From: Octopus sinensis
Lineage: Eukaryota
NCBI RefSeq assembly: GCF_006345805.1
Contig: NC_043007.1
Coordinates: forward strand, 26,164,001-26,228,000
DNA length: 64,000 nucleotides
Direction of reading: 5' to 3'
The position numbers were made by a program, and so were the translations under genes. Numbering within the stretch: the first letter of the stretch is position 1; each line of letters starts with the position of its first letter. The notes beneath the pieces were generated by a model that was not told the DNA's origin, did no database searches, and saw only the letters and a list, made by a program, of their open reading frames with translations. This document shows, in pieces, positions 62,420 to 64,000 of this stretch.

Positions 62420-62821
62420 GTGTGTGCATGTGTGTGTGTATGTTACACACATATACATACATACATATAACATATATGTACATTAAAATCTTGTGTTAGA
62501 AGCAGCTGAATAATGTAAACAATATAAATATGGGCAATTGTTAAACTTTTGTAGCCGCAGTATATCGCTTGAGAGACAATTTACCTTTAAAAACGTATAG
62601 CGTTAAAAGAAAAAAAAAAAGATAGAAGACAAACCCAGCGTACTTCAGAGCTAGGTTTTAATGTAAGCCTAAACCGAAACATCGAAGTCACGGTCAACTT
62701 TTTCTTTGTAAAAATAAATAAGTATTATTCTCTGCTGTAAAGCACTGAAGGGTCACTAAATTTAATGTTCAGCTGTTTAATATACACAGCTTTATATGAA
62801 AATAAACATATCTTTTTATTT

Positions 62822-63682
62822 GGTGCTACTTTGGCGTGTGATCTACAACTTAAAGGCGGTTACTTTACATTACATTTTAGTTCATATTTCAATTTCTAAA
62901 GACCCTTAAGTTGTTGGCCGCCAAACTTTTGTGATCTGCGGGATTATTTTAATTATTATATTGTTTATTCTTGTTTTCTTATTAATATTTCCTAAGACAT
63001 AAATGAAACATGGCTTTGTTATTTTCAAATAATAAAAATATTTTCAAACTAGTACAAATTTTGAAAAGATACATCTACAATGTTAAGTATGTACGCAAGT
63101 ATTTATAAACATTTGAATAGCAATCTTATATGTAAAGCTGAAGTTGTCTGTGTATGGCAGGTTTGGTAGCCTTCAACTAACACTATCTCCTCCGAAACCC
63201 TAAGGCGCAAGCTGACCAAAATTGAAAGTATGATAGAAGAAGGCTTGCTCTTCATTCCGTAGAAGATAAAATTCAAATCGGAACATGTTAAGACCAAAAA
63301 TTATTTACATAAAAAAGTTGCTTTTTTTCTATGAAAATCCTTATTTTTTACGATTTTTTGACAGCTGTGTCGCCATTTTCGGTGTATTTCAAACAGAAAA
63401 AATGTTCACTTAAAGAGAATACCAGCTACATAATGCAAAATTTTTACTTTTCAAAATTTCCAATTCTAAAGGGTCGAAACAAACTTGAGCAACGCCGGGC
63501 GATACTGCTAGTTTGATGATAAAGATGGAATACAAATTTGAATAACTTTATCAATAGATTGAGTGTACATCTGGCAGAAACGAAAGAACATCTTAAGGGT
63601 TTTTAGAAATTGGAAAGTAAACTAAAAGCTATCCTAAAGTAAATGCCGTTTTAAGTTGTAGTTCACACGCCAAAGTAGCACC
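62822..63682. mobile_element. Old TIR element (~90-bp inverted ends) containing a nested Helitron
   Basis: 62822-62910 is the reverse complement of 63592-63682 with moderate divergence. Confidence 0.6.
63124..63511 (+). mobile_element. Short non-autonomous Helitron
   Basis: A|TCTTATATGTAAAG start, gagcaacgccgggcgatactgCTAG|T end like the other two Helitrons. Confidence 0.75.
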
Positions 63683-63714
63683 TGATGTTTTTTTAATATG
63701 TTTTAGTCAATGGG

Positions 63715-64000
63715 CGCAGGAGTGGCTGTGTGGTAAGTAGCTTGCTTACCAACCACATGGTTCGGGTTCAGTCCCACTTCGTGGAACTTTGGGCAAGCGT
63801 CTTCTACTATAGCCTTGGGCCGACCAAAGCCTTGTGAGTGGATTTGGTAGACGGAAACTGAAAGAAGCCCGTCGTATATATGTATATATATATGTGTGTG
63901 TTTGTGTATGTGTGTTTGTCCTCCCAACATCGCTTGACAACCGATGGTTGTGTGTTTACGTCCTCGTAACTTTGGGTTCGGCAAAAGAGACCGATAGAAT
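63715..64000 (+). mobile_element. SINE family B, truncated by the window end
   Basis: ggcgcaggagtggctgtgtggtaagtagc head, B box ggttcagtccc. Confidence 0.85.

Noticed and set aside
63715-63790. tRNA gene candidates in SINE heads
   Set aside because: A/B boxes run directly into SINE bodies; no complete cloverleaf or acceptor stem

Overview
AT-rich, microsatellite- and repeat-dense eukaryotic DNA; the SINE/MITE landscape suggests a cephalopod (Octopus-like), which is inference only. Positions 666-35195 (+) hold the last 23 coding exons (3970 nt, about 1322 aa, all GT-AG and phase-compatible; 5' end outside the window) of an ankyrin-repeat + WGR + PARP-regulatory + PARP-catalytic protein. It has an intact H-Y-E triad, no SAM domain and a ~105-aa acidic insertion. 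The first coding exon of a claudin/PMP22-superfamily gene lies at 59842-60046 (+). The rest is introns and intergenic DNA packed with tRNA-derived and mosaic SINEs, three Helitrons (two with PIF1-helicase remnants), two identically deleted mariner elements, R4/Dong-like, RTE and CR1 LINE fragments, hAT-, piggyBac- and MULE-like MITEs, fold-back palindromes and minisatellites. A near-intact minimal type-I hammerhead ribozyme sits on the sense strand of the claudin-like intron, and several degenerate hammerhead-like motifs occur elsewhere. Most short ORFs in the supplied track are artefacts of repeats.
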